Source: Patescibacteria group bacterium (GTDB taxonomy: Bacteria; Patescibacteriota; Patescibacteriia; Patescibacteriales; UBA12075). From it: DNA of 64,000 bases. The notes under the pieces are model-generated. The model made no database searches. It was not told where the DNA came from and was given only the letters and a program-made list of their open reading frames with translations. The stretch lies in the NCBI GenBank assembly GCA_022705905.1, contig JAKJDO010000003.1:14071-78070 (forward strand). Direction: 5' to 3'. The position numbers and the translations under genes were made by a program. Positions 35,823 to 44,586 of this stretch are shown one piece after another (position 1 is the first letter of the stretch; each line of letters begins with the position of its first letter).

Positions 35823-36941
35823 ATGTATAAGAAGATAGTATTCATTATTTTGTTTATATTTATTGTTGTTTTTTCTTCACCAGTTCTGGCTCAAAAGGAA
35901 AATGAAAATAATTTTAGCGAAGAAACTTTTGAAGCACAAGTTGTAAAAGTCCTAGAAAAAAGAACAGTTAGAAAAGAAGATGGTTTTACAGCAACTTTAC
36001 AAAAATTAAAATTATTAGGGACAAGCGGTTCTTGGAAAAATAAAGAAATATTTTTTGATGGGACGGAAATAGATGTAATAGCAAAGAATATTTATAAAAC
36101 AGGCGACAAAGTTTTGGTTTCTCGCAGTCTCAGCAGCGATGGCAGCGAAAAGTTTTATGTTACGGATTATGTTCGTCGTGGCAATCTGTATTTGCTGTCA
36201 GTATTATTTTTTATTGTCGTATTGTTAACAGGACGTTGGCGCGGTTTTAGAGCAATTTTAGGCCTTGGGCTTAGTTTTTTTATTATTTTTTACTTTATTA
36301 TTCCTCAGATATTAAAAGGTAACAATCCCCTAGCTGTCAGTTTATTTTTTTCTATACTGATAATAGTCGCGTCTACTTATTTAGTTTATGGTTTAAATAA
36401 AAAATCTAACATTGCTATAGTTGGTACTTTTGCCGGCATAGCTATTGTCGGAACACTTTCTTTAGTTTTTACAAAGCTAACTCATCTGGCTGGTTTCGCC
36501 GACGACGAATCTCTTTATTTAGTTAGCTTAATGGGTGGCGATATTAATCTTCAAGGCTTGTTATTGGCGGGGTTTATTATTGGCGCTCTTGGCGTTTTAG
36601 ACGACATAACAGTCAGTCAGGTTTCAACTGTTAAAGAGTTGACTGAAGCTAATTCTGCTTTAAAGTTAAGAGAAACATATAAACGAGCAATGAAAGTTGG
36701 CGTTGATCATATTGCTTCAATGGTTAATACTTTATTTCTGGCTTATGCTGGCGCTTCTTTTTCCTTATTGTTGCTTTTTAGTTTTAAGCAATCTCCATTT
36801 TTAACTTTTAGCCAAGTGATAAACAATGAGATTATTGCTACGGAAATTGTTAGAACCTTGGTTGGTAGTATAGGTTTGACTTTAGCTGTACCAATTACTA
36901 CTTTGCTCGCTTCTTATTTTTACACAAAAAGAAAAAAGTAA
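35823..36941 (+). CDS. YibE/F-family membrane protein
   Basis: 372 aa. Signal peptide, small ectodomain (GDKVLV...YVTDYVRRGNL), then ~6 TM helices in the YibE/F pattern. Confidence 0.65.
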   Translation: MYKKIVFIILFIFIVVFSSPVLAQKENENNFSEETFEAQVVKVLEKRTVRKEDGFTATLQKLKLLGTSGSWKNKEIFFDGTEIDVIAKNIYKTGDKVLVSRSLSSDGSEKFYVTDYVRRGNLYLLSVLFFIVVLLTGRWRGFRAILGLGLSFFIIFYFIIPQILKGNNPLAVSLFFSILIIVASTYLVYGLNKKSNIAIVGTFAGIAIVGTLSLVFTKLTHLAGFADDESLYLVSLMGGDINLQGLLLAGFIIGALGVLDDITVSQVSTVKELTEANSALKLRETYKRAMKVGVDHIASMVNTLFLAYAGASFSLLLLFSFKQSPFLTFSQVINNEIIATEIVRTLVGSIGLTLAVPITTLLASYFYTKRKK

Positions 36942-37016
36942 ATAGCTTATATTCTAATGAAATATAAATGTTTGTATAGTTTTATTAATCACAGGAAGTG
37001 AACTAATATCTAAATT

Positions 37017-37631
37017 ATGACTAATAAAAAATATAAGATACTTTTATTGATTATTTTCTTAGCAGCTTTGTTGTGGTCGGCTATAAACCCCAAAGATTAT
37101 TTCACTTGGTTTTTGGAAGTGTTTCCAGCAGTAATTGGCTTAATTATCTTGATTGTAATAGATAAAAAATTTGAGTTGACTAGACTACTTTATTTTTTGA
37201 TTTTGTTAGAAGGTCTAATTTTAGTGATCGGTGGACATTATACTTATGCGGAGATGCCTTTATTTAATTGGTTAAAAGATGTTTTTGATCTAGGCAGAAA
37301 TTATTACGATCGTTTAGGGCATCTGATGCAAGGACTCGTACCAGCCCTAATTGCCCGTGAAGTTTTAATTCGCAAGAATGTATTAAAGCCAGGTGCCTGG
37401 CTTTATTTTATTGTTGTTTGCATTTGTTTAGCTATCAGCGCTTTTTATGAATTTATTGAGTGGTGGGTAGCGGTTGCCTCCGGAACAGCCGCGGAAGCGT
37501 TCTTGGGAACACAAGGCGACACTTGGGATACGCAGTGGGATATGTTTATGGCTTTTGTCGGCGCTAATTTAGGGTTGATTTTTCTAAGTAAATTACACGA
37601 TAGATATTTAACAAAATTAGAAAATAAATAA
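37017..37631 (+). CDS. DUF2238 / YjdF-family inner-membrane protein
   Basis: 204 aa. YTYAEMPLFNW, RNYYDRLGHLMQG, FYEFIEWW, and FLGTQGDTWDTQWDM are family-typical. Confidence 0.8.
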   Translation: MTNKKYKILLLIIFLAALLWSAINPKDYFTWFLEVFPAVIGLIILIVIDKKFELTRLLYFLILLEGLILVIGGHYTYAEMPLFNWLKDVFDLGRNYYDRLGHLMQGLVPALIAREVLIRKNVLKPGAWLYFIVVCICLAISAFYEFIEWWVAVASGTAAEAFLGTQGDTWDTQWDMFMAFVGANLGLIFLSKLHDRYLTKLENK

Positions 37632-37661
37632 GTTCATTATCAAAAGACAAGGAGGCCGATC

Positions 37662-38183
37662 ATGGCAAAAAAGGATAGACCGACTATTTGCACGGTTTGT
37701 TATGTTGTTGAGTTTAAGAAAAAGATGATTCTTTTAGGCCATAAGCGAAAAAGGCAAAATAGCAAAAGCTTGGGGGTAGGCAAATGGAATGGCCATGGTG
37801 GTCACTGGAAAGACAGCGAAACGATCGAAGCTACGGTCGCCAGGGAGCTGCTTGAAGAAAGCGGGTTGATTGTCCATTCAATGGAGAAGCGTGGCATTGC
37901 GCTGGCGAAAAATGAAGCCAAAAATACCCTGATAGAATTGCACATTTTTTTCGTTCATGATTATGACGGCGAATTGCTTTTGCAGACAGACGAGATGATA
38001 AACCAATGGTTCACGATCGACGAGATCCCTTACGACCAGATGTGGGCGAGCGACCAGATTTTACTGCCCTTGTTCTTTGCCGGCAAACAAGTTGCCGGTT
38101 GGTTCCACTATTATGACGACAACCATTTGATTTGGCACAAAATTGAGGAAGTGGTTCTCTTGCCAAATTCTATCGAGTGGTAA
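37662..38183 (+). CDS. NUDIX hydrolase
   Basis: 173 aa. Nudix box GGHWKDSETIEATVARELLEESGL. It is one of the AAGGAGG-led (37649-55), visibly GC-richer genes. Confidence 0.85.
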   Translation: MAKKDRPTICTVCYVVEFKKKMILLGHKRKRQNSKSLGVGKWNGHGGHWKDSETIEATVARELLEESGLIVHSMEKRGIALAKNEAKNTLIELHIFFVHDYDGELLLQTDEMINQWFTIDEIPYDQMWASDQILLPLFFAGKQVAGWFHYYDDNHLIWHKIEEVVLLPNSIEW

Positions 38184-38262
38184 AAGGTTTTGACCCATAT
38201 GCCTCGGCGCTAGCCAAAAGGGTCGTTTTTTTATTTTGGGCATCAATGATATAATGTTTCAT

Positions 38263-39669
38263 ATGACTAATAAAAAGTTAAAAGTTTTAATGGCAGCTTC
38301 GGAAGCGTCGCCGTTTGCTAAAGTCGGCGGGTTGGCCGATGTTGTCGGGAGCTTGCCTTTAGCTTTAGAAAAATTGGGAGTAGATGCGCGAGTAATTCTG
38401 CCGCTTTACGGCTCAGTTAACCGTCGGCAGTTTAATTTAAAAGTTGCTGCAAAAAACATTGAGGTTGTTTCGGCAGGCAAAAAAGAAAAAGTTAACGTTT
38501 GGCAGGCAAAATTAAAAGGCGCTCGGTCGATTTTTTATTTTATCGAATCACGGCGTTTTGCGCCTAAAGAAATTTATAGCGCAAAAAATGATAATGAATT
38601 AGCAAAAAAATTTTTGTTTTTTTCTTTAGCGGTTTTAGAGGTTTTACCGGTTATAAAATTTCAGCCGGATATTATTCATTGCCACGATTTTCACACGGCG
38701 TTAATTGCTGGCTTGCTTAAAGCTAGGAAATCAAAAATAAAAACAATCTATACAATACATAATCTTAGTTATCAAGGGAGCAGCTCGCCGCTCATCTTGC
38801 AAGAAGCAAATTTAAGCGCTGGTTCTTTGACCAGTTTGCAACGCGACGCGCAAGACGGCGAAATCAATTTTATGGTGCAGGGAATCTTAAACTCCGACGC
38901 AGTTACTACAGTGAGCAAAACTTATGCTAAAGAAATAGCCGCGCCTAGTAGCGGAGAAAATTTAGAGAAAGTTATCGCCTTGCGCAAAGTTTATGGCATT
39001 CTTAATGGCCTTGATACCAAAATATTTAATCCCGCGACTGACAAGCTGATTGTTAGGAATTATTCAGTTAAAAATTTAAGAAGCAAACAAGACAATAAAA
39101 AAGCTTTACAAAAAAAATTAGGATTTGCAATTGACGACAATATTCCGGTAGTCGGCATGGTAACGCGCTTAACATGTCAAAAAGGTTTTAGCTTGTTTAA
39201 TGACCAGCTGTTGCGGTTGCCGATGCAGTTAATAATTTTAGGTACGGGTTTCAAAAAATACGAAGAAGATTTAGGCAGATTAGCGGGTAAATATCCTGAT
39301 AAATTTAAATTTGCCAATTATTTTGATTTGCAGCTGGCGCAACAAATTTACGCTGGCTCAGACATTTTTTTAATGCCGTCTCGTTTTGAACCATGCGGCT
39401 TGGGGCAGATGATAGCGATGCGCTATGGCGCCATACCAGTCGTTCGCGCAACGGGTGGACTGGACGATACGGTTAACAGTAAAGTTGGTTTTAAGTTTAA
39501 AGATTTTTCTACCGACGCTTTAATAAAAACTTTGCAAAAAGCTATAAAAGTTTTTGACAACAAGAAAAAAAGGAAGCAGTTGCAACAAAACTGTATGCAA
39601 CAAGATTTTTCTTGGGATAAGTCGGCTAAGGAGTACTTGGCGTTATATAAAAAACTGTTATCGTCATAA
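38263..39669 (+). CDS. glgA: glycogen/starch synthase (GT5), copy 2
   Basis: The ORF opens at 38236, but MTNKKLKVLMAASEASPFAKVGGLADV suggests a start at 38263. HCHDFHTA and SRFEPCGLGQM..RYG motifs. Confidence 0.85.
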   Translation: MTNKKLKVLMAASEASPFAKVGGLADVVGSLPLALEKLGVDARVILPLYGSVNRRQFNLKVAAKNIEVVSAGKKEKVNVWQAKLKGARSIFYFIESRRFAPKEIYSAKNDNELAKKFLFFSLAVLEVLPVIKFQPDIIHCHDFHTALIAGLLKARKSKIKTIYTIHNLSYQGSSSPLILQEANLSAGSLTSLQRDAQDGEINFMVQGILNSDAVTTVSKTYAKEIAAPSSGENLEKVIALRKVYGILNGLDTKIFNPATDKLIVRNYSVKNLRSKQDNKKALQKKLGFAIDDNIPVVGMVTRLTCQKGFSLFNDQLLRLPMQLIILGTGFKKYEEDLGRLAGKYPDKFKFANYFDLQLAQQIYAGSDIFLMPSRFEPCGLGQMIAMRYGAIPVVRATGGLDDTVNSKVGFKFKDFSTDALIKTLQKAIKVFDNKKKRKQLQQNCMQQDFSWDKSAKEYLALYKKLLSS

Positions 39670-39690
39670 TTTAATTATAATACATTTTTG

Positions 39691-39734
39691 GATCCCCGCC
39701 TGCCTGCGCAGGTAGGCCTTTAGCTCAGAATGAC
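39691..39734. repeat. single-arm copy of the GTCATTCTGAGC / CCTGC..GCAGG element
   Basis: The reverse complement reads GTCATTCTGAGCTAAAGGCCTACCTGCGCAGGCAGGCGGGGATCC. Confidence 0.6.
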
Positions 39735-39839
39735 AAATTTATACACAGCCATCATTAATTTAATTATAAATTAATGATTTTTTATCACTAAGTTAATTTA
39801 GAATTTTGTTTAATATTAGCTACAAAATTATAAAATCTA

Positions 39840-39868
39840 TTGATTTTTTTGTTTTTGTGTGGTATAAT
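39840..39868 (+). promoter_or_regulatory. sigma70-type promoter with extended -10
   Basis: TTGATT (39840-45), 17-nt spacer, TGgTATAAT (39860-68). Confidence 0.6.
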
Positions 39869-39902
39869 TATATTATAAATGTTCTTCGAAGGAGGATGCG
39901 CC

Positions 39903-40115
39903 ATGTGTATTGATACCAAAAAAACATTTGGCATTGTCCTTACTCCAGAACAAGAGGAAAGAGTAACTCTTTTTGAGCAAGTATGCGATGAAGAATTGCC
40001 GGATATGGATCCGCAAACGAGGCGAGACGCCATTTTCGTCTTCATAAAAACGCATATACATCACGAGAATGTCTTTCCTTGGCTGGAAAAATCACTGGAG
40101 GCAGGACTCCGATGA
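39903..40115 (+). CDS. orphan ~70-aa acidic protein
   Basis: AAGGAGG at 39889-95, 7 nt before ATG 39903. The track ORF opens at 39879 in the same frame. Own promoter and terminator. No family recognised. Confidence 0.45.
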   Translation: MCIDTKKTFGIVLTPEQEERVTLFEQVCDEELPDMDPQTRRDAIFVFIKTHIHHENVFPWLEKSLEAGLR

Positions 40116-40157
40116 AATGTTGCTCTTATGCTTTATTGAGGGCAACATTTTCTTTTG
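40115..40157 (+). terminator. intrinsic terminator
   Basis: AAATGTTGC ... GCAACATTT stem followed by TCTTTTG. Confidence 0.6.
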
Positions 40158-40307
40158 TAGTGCTTTGACTTATTCACATTGACTAAAGGCAAAAAATTTG
40201 CTAAAATATAAGTAGATAAAATCTGCCTTCACCAATTTCGGTGGGCAAGTAAAAATCCGCCTGCACTGAAGTTGTGGCGGACAGGTAAAAACAAAAATAC
40301 AAACAAA

Positions 40308-40649
40308 ATGACAAGCGCAGAAATGGCTTCGGCTAATATTCTTGATTTTAGACATATTGGTTGGAAGTATTACAATCAAATAAGAAAGAAAGTAATGGAT
40401 AAGAGTTCAGCCTCTGGACTCTTCGTTAGTCTGTCCATTGCTTTTTTTATTGTCATTTTTGCCGCTTCTTTTTTACGAATTTGTTATATTTCCATTGAAA
40501 GATCTGATGTGGAGCAGAAGATTATTCAAGAAAAAATTTATCAGCTGGAAGTTTTTAACAATAATCAAGATAGCCAAATTCAGTATTTGCAACCCGGCAG
40601 TATGAATAGAAATAAAATAGATAGTATCAGTAGCATAAAGCTCGCTTAA
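40308..40649 (+). CDS. bitopic membrane protein with coiled-coil C-terminus (FtsL/DivIC-like topology)
   Basis: The track ORF opens at 40272, with plausible ATG starts at 40308 or 40395. Single TM (LFVSLSIAFFIVIFAASFL). TTGACT-17-TGcTAAAAT promoter at about 40181-40215. The function call is topology-based only. Confidence 0.4.
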   Translation: MTSAEMASANILDFRHIGWKYYNQIRKKVMDKSSASGLFVSLSIAFFIVIFAASFLRICYISIERSDVEQKIIQEKIYQLEVFNNNQDSQIQYLQPGSMNRNKIDSISSIKLA

Positions 40650-40956
40650 GCTTAGCAATAATAGTTTTATATAATTATTGCAGAATTTGAGGTCGCATAC
40701 ACAATGACCTCATACAATGCTCTTTTAAAAAACTATGTTGCATTTTTGCAACATGTATTTCCCATAGGAGGGAAAAAATAAAAAGAAACGGGGATTGGTT
40801 GAGATGTTTATTTATAAACGTTCTCCCGCCCCTCTCTTTCTCACTTCGTCAAAATAAAAAAATGATGAAGTGAGTATGGGGATGAAAAACAAAAGTACCG
40901 CTTGAACTCGCAAAAGCGGTATTTTTGTTTTTGACCTCACTCAGACCTTTTTTCTG

Positions 40957-40972
40957 CCTGCCGTTAGGCAGG
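40957..40972. repeat. CCTGCC-GTTA-GGCAGG hairpin
   Basis: Perfect 6-bp GC stem with the same core as the palindromic family. Confidence 0.5.
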
Positions 40973-41044
40973 TTTTGCCAGGATAGAAAAATATATTTAT
41001 CCACTTAAAATTTTCAGAAAGCATGATATATTATAGTTAAGCTG

Positions 41045-41317
41045 TGAATATTTAATGAAAGGAGGGTGGCGCTTTTGGTCGCAACTTGTAGAAGAAGTCT
41101 ATCAGGCAACGACAAAGCAGCAGTTGAAAGGAGGACGGCCATGGCCAAGCTTCTCAAGATTCCGAAACAGAGCCTTTCGGGCTCCACAGGCGTTCTTTCT
41201 CCGTTATTTGCGAAAACGGCTTCGTCCGGAAGGAGGTGATCCAGCGCAGGAATTCTGAGCGCAGTGAGCTCGGATAGTTTGTAGATTGACCGGAGACTTT
41301 TTGTCTCCGGATTTTTT
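41045..41317 (+). other. GC-rich self-contained transcription unit with three AAGGAGG motifs (coding status unresolved)
   Basis: Extended -10 (TGaTATATT, about 41024-32). AAGGAGG at 41059, 41128 and 41230. Possible 32-aa ORF 41141-41239 (MAKLLKIPKQSLSGSTGVLSPLFAKTASSGRR) or the 67-aa track ORF 41055-41258 in another frame. Terminator CCGGAGAC-TTTTT-GTCTCCGG plus T-run (41290-41317). Confidence 0.4.
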
Positions 41318-41381
41318 ATTTTTAAGTTTTTGTTGTATAATAATAAAAGTAAATAATATATTTTTAGCAGACCTCACCCCA

Positions 41382-41406
41382 TCCCTCTCCTTTTGAAGGA
41401 GAGGGA
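41382..41406. repeat. TCCCTCTCCTT-TTG-AAGGAGAGGGA hairpin
   Basis: Perfect 11-bp stem, 24 nt upstream of the smc start. Same CCCTC..GAGGG type as 60879-95 and 60984-61001. Confidence 0.55.
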
Positions 41407-41429
41407 GCTAAGTTTAAGTTTTGATTATT

Positions 41430-44084
41430 ATGTATTTAGAGAAGTTAGAGGTACAAGGATTTAAATCTTTTGCCAATAAAAATGTATTGGTTTTTCCGGG
41501 CATGCTTGATAAAAGCAAGCGCGGTTTGACAGCCGTGGTTGGACCGAACGGTTCGGGAAAATCAAATGTGGCTGATGCTGTGCGCTGGGCTTTAGGAGAA
41601 CAAAGCATGAAGACCTTGCGCGGTAAAAAGAGCGAGGACGTTATTTTCTCCGGTTCTGATAAGAAGGGCAAACTAGGTATGGCCGAAGTATCTCTGCATT
41701 TAAATAATGAAGATAAAAAAGCGCCGATTGACTATTCGCAAATTGTTATAACCAGGAGATTGTACCGCAACGGCGAAAGTGAATATATTTTAAATAATAG
41801 CCGTGTCCGTTTGTCTGATATTCAAATGCTACTTGCTAAAGCTAAATTTGGTCAAAAAACTTATAGCGTTATTGGTCAGGGCATGGTGGAGGGGTTTCTT
41901 AACACATCGCTAGCTGAACGCAAAGAGTTTTTTGATGAAGCGACTGGTGTTAAGCAATATCAGATTAAACGTGATGAATCTTTGAACAAATTATTATCAA
42001 GTTATGATAATTTAGCACAGGCGCAGATGCTGATAGCAGAAATTGATCCGCGGCTGAAAAGTTTAACGCGCCAGGTAAATAAATTAAAAAAACGCGATGA
42101 AATCGAAACTGAATTAAAACAAGAGCAGCTAGATTATTACAGCAAATTATGGCACGAAATCAATAAGCAGTTTAAAGACAGCAACGAAAAGTACCTACGT
42201 TTAGAAAAAGATAAATTCGCCAAAGAGAAAAAAATTGAAAATGTAGCGTTGGAACTAGAGAATTTTCGTAAAGAATTGTCAGCCGATAATAAGTTTGAAA
42301 TTAAGCAGAATGAGTTAAATAAAAAGCAGACTTTGCGCGACGAGATAAATAAAAAGTTGGCTCGCCTAGAAACGCAGTTAGAAATGAAGCTGGAAGCTAA
42401 TGGCCAGTTTGATTTGTCATTCTTGATGAATAGGCGCAGTGAAATTGAGCGAGAAAAAAATAAATTAGCAGATGAAATAAAAGTATTGTCGGGTAGCATT
42501 GACGCTGAGAGAGCTAAGGCCGATAGCTTAGCAAAGGAAAAAAATGAAATAGATAGAAAGACGGCTGAATTGAACGCTGATTTAGAAAAAGAAAGTAAAC
42601 GAGAATATGCTTTTGAAAACATCGAATTAAGCAAACTTTTACGCCAGACTTTGAATAAAATTAAAGTTTTTGATGAAGAGGAAGACTTAAGCAAGCTCAG
42701 GTCTTTAGCCAAGGAAATTGAGAAAGAAATTGAAGATATAATCAATATTTATGAAAATAAAGCTGGGAAAAACAAAGCAATAGATGGAGCCAATTGGCAA
42801 AAATTACAAAATTCTCTTAACGCTTTAATGCAGGCCAAGGAGGAAGTGATGATAAAAATAAATGAAGTTAATTTGAACATCTCTATCAAGCAAGAAAAGC
42901 TAAGGATGCTAAAGGAAAAGGCCGATAGTTTAGACTCTGAATTCGGAGGTTTAGATTTTAAAATAAAGCAAAAATCACAAAATTTTGATTTTAAGGAATT
43001 GGAATCGGAAAAGGAAAAAATAAAAAAAGATTTGATTAAAATTGATAGCGAAATTAGCTTTGTCAGAAACGAAATTAACGAAACAAACGAAAAGGAAGAA
43101 GCGCATCGCAATAAACTATTTTCTTTACAAAATGATTTGCAAAATTTACAGTACGAGCTAAACGTTTTAAATAGCCAGTTAAGCGAAATAAAAATAAATT
43201 CAACACGTTATGAGACAAAATTGGAAGATCTAGAAGTAGAGATTAGGGATGAACTGGGAAGTTTAAAAGAAGTAAAAGATAAAGAGCGCGGAGATTTTGA
43301 CGTTGAAGTTAAGAAAGAAAGAATCGGGCAGCTAAAACGACAATTGGAACAAATCGGCGGCATTGATGCGCAAGTAGAGAAAGAATATGAGGAGACTAAG
43401 GAACGCTTTGACTTTTTGACAACTCAAGTTGAAGATTTATTGAAGGCGATAGAATCTTTAGAAAAGGTTATTAAAGAACTAGACATTATAATAAAAGAGC
43501 AGTTTGACAAAGAATATAAGGAGATAGCTCACAATTTTGAAAAATATTTCAAGATTTTGTTTAATGGCGGCAGCGCTAAGATTATAAAAGTGATGGCTGA
43601 TGAAAAAGAAGATGAAGAAAAGCCGGGTGAAGAAAATGGGGAGGAAAAAGTTGAGGACAAAAAAAAGGATGAAAGTGTGGTCGGAGTTGATTTAAAGAAA
43701 ATTAAGTTTTTGCAAAAGCATAATGCCACTGGACTAGCTGGCATTGAGATTCAGGCCACGCCTCCAGGTAAAAAAATAAAGTCTATTTCCATGCTTTCCG
43801 GCGGCGAACGCGCTTTAACCGCGATTGCTTTAATCTGCGCGATTATTAACTCTAACCCCTCACCGTTTGTAGTTTTAGACGAAGTGGACGCGGCGTTAGA
43901 CGAGGCGAATTCGGAACGATTAGCTAAGATTTTAGACGAACTCTCGCACAAGACTCAATTCATAGTTATTACTCACAACCGCGCTTCCATGCGCCGCGCT
44001 AATATTTTATATGGTGTGACGATGGGCGATGATGGTGTAAGTAAATTATTGTCAATAAAATTAGAAGAGGCAAAAACTGTTTAA
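41430..44084 (+). CDS. smc: SMC-family chromosome segregation ATPase, short and apparently hinge-less
   Basis: N-head MYLEKLEVQGFKSF..VVGPNGSGKSNV. C-head LSGGERALTAIAL..VLDEVDAALDEAN..QFIVITHN..LYGVTM. Only ~884 aa. The central ~535 aa are uniformly K/E-rich coiled-coil-like. Confidence 0.9.
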   Translation: MYLEKLEVQGFKSFANKNVLVFPGMLDKSKRGLTAVVGPNGSGKSNVADAVRWALGEQSMKTLRGKKSEDVIFSGSDKKGKLGMAEVSLHLNNEDKKAPIDYSQIVITRRLYRNGESEYILNNSRVRLSDIQMLLAKAKFGQKTYSVIGQGMVEGFLNTSLAERKEFFDEATGVKQYQIKRDESLNKLLSSYDNLAQAQMLIAEIDPRLKSLTRQVNKLKKRDEIETELKQEQLDYYSKLWHEINKQFKDSNEKYLRLEKDKFAKEKKIENVALELENFRKELSADNKFEIKQNELNKKQTLRDEINKKLARLETQLEMKLEANGQFDLSFLMNRRSEIEREKNKLADEIKVLSGSIDAERAKADSLAKEKNEIDRKTAELNADLEKESKREYAFENIELSKLLRQTLNKIKVFDEEEDLSKLRSLAKEIEKEIEDIINIYENKAGKNKAIDGANWQKLQNSLNALMQAKEEVMIKINEVNLNISIKQEKLRMLKEKADSLDSEFGGLDFKIKQKSQNFDFKELESEKEKIKKDLIKIDSEISFVRNEINETNEKEEAHRNKLFSLQNDLQNLQYELNVLNSQLSEIKINSTRYETKLEDLEVEIRDELGSLKEVKDKERGDFDVEVKKERIGQLKRQLEQIGGIDAQVEKEYEETKERFDFLTTQVEDLLKAIESLEKVIKELDIIIKEQFDKEYKEIAHNFEKYFKILFNGGSAKIIKVMADEKEDEEKPGEENGEEKVEDKKKDESVVGVDLKKIKFLQKHNATGLAGIEIQATPPGKKIKSISMLSGGERALTAIALICAIINSNPSPFVVLDEVDAALDEANSERLAKILDELSHKTQFIVITHNRASMRRANILYGVTMGDDGVSKLLSIKLEEAKTV

Positions 44085-44116
44085 TTTTTTAATTTAGCAA
44101 TTTCTAAATTAATTTT

Positions 44117-44452
44117 ATGACCCAAGAGCAAACAAAAAAATGTCCATTTTGCGCTGAAGAAATAAAAGCTGACGCAATAGTCTGCAGATATTGCCAGCGT
44201 GATTTGTCGGGGGATTTATCGGGAGCAGTAGCCGTTAATAAGACAAGCAAAAAAATAAAAAAGCATTTTATTAATTCAACCATTTTGTTTGTTTCGGGGT
44301 GTGTTTTGTTTTTTAGTGGAATAATTAGTTTTTTTGAAAACCGTAATGATGGCATGAGTATGATAAGGATAATGTTGGGTTCCGTTATTGGAATCGTTGG
44401 TATGATTTGGCTATTAGCGGTGATAATAAAAAATTATTGGGATAGAGGATAG
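44117..44452 (+). CDS. zinc-ribbon membrane protein
   Basis: 111 aa. CPFC-x13-CRYC ribbon followed by two TM helices. Confidence 0.6.
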   Translation: MTQEQTKKCPFCAEEIKADAIVCRYCQRDLSGDLSGAVAVNKTSKKIKKHFINSTILFVSGCVLFFSGIISFFENRNDGMSMIRIMLGSVIGIVGMIWLLAVIIKNYWDRG

Positions 44453-44586
44453 AAGCGAGATGTTTTAAATTTGTTAAAATACAATTTTTAATTACCGATT
44501 GCCCGGGAGTGGTGAAATAAATAATTAAAACAAGGGCCCGTTGTTGATTGGGCCCCCTTGGGGAGTCTTGCCGATAGAGACAGTTT

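Noticed and set aside
39788-40064. Two minus-strand ORFs (85 and 63 aa) overlapping the 39903-40115 mini-gene.
   Set aside because: The plus-strand ORF has promoter, perfect SD and terminator in the right order. The minus-strand ORFs have none.
41230-41260. Fragment of an inverted 16S rRNA gene.
   Set aside because: Similarity to the reverse complement of the 16S 3' end stops after about 20 nt; the expected continuation TTCCCCTACGGTTACC is absent. It is kept as a finding, but not as an rRNA feature.
42137-43111. Long minus-strand ORFs (202 and 120 aa) inside smc.
   Set aside because: They are the Ser/Phe/Leu-rich mirror image of K/E-rich coiled-coil codons, with no start context and complete overlap with a confidently called gene. 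The same reasoning applies to 2467..3129(+), 50475..50918(-), 46802..47260(-), 16433..16750(+) and 63255..63566(-).
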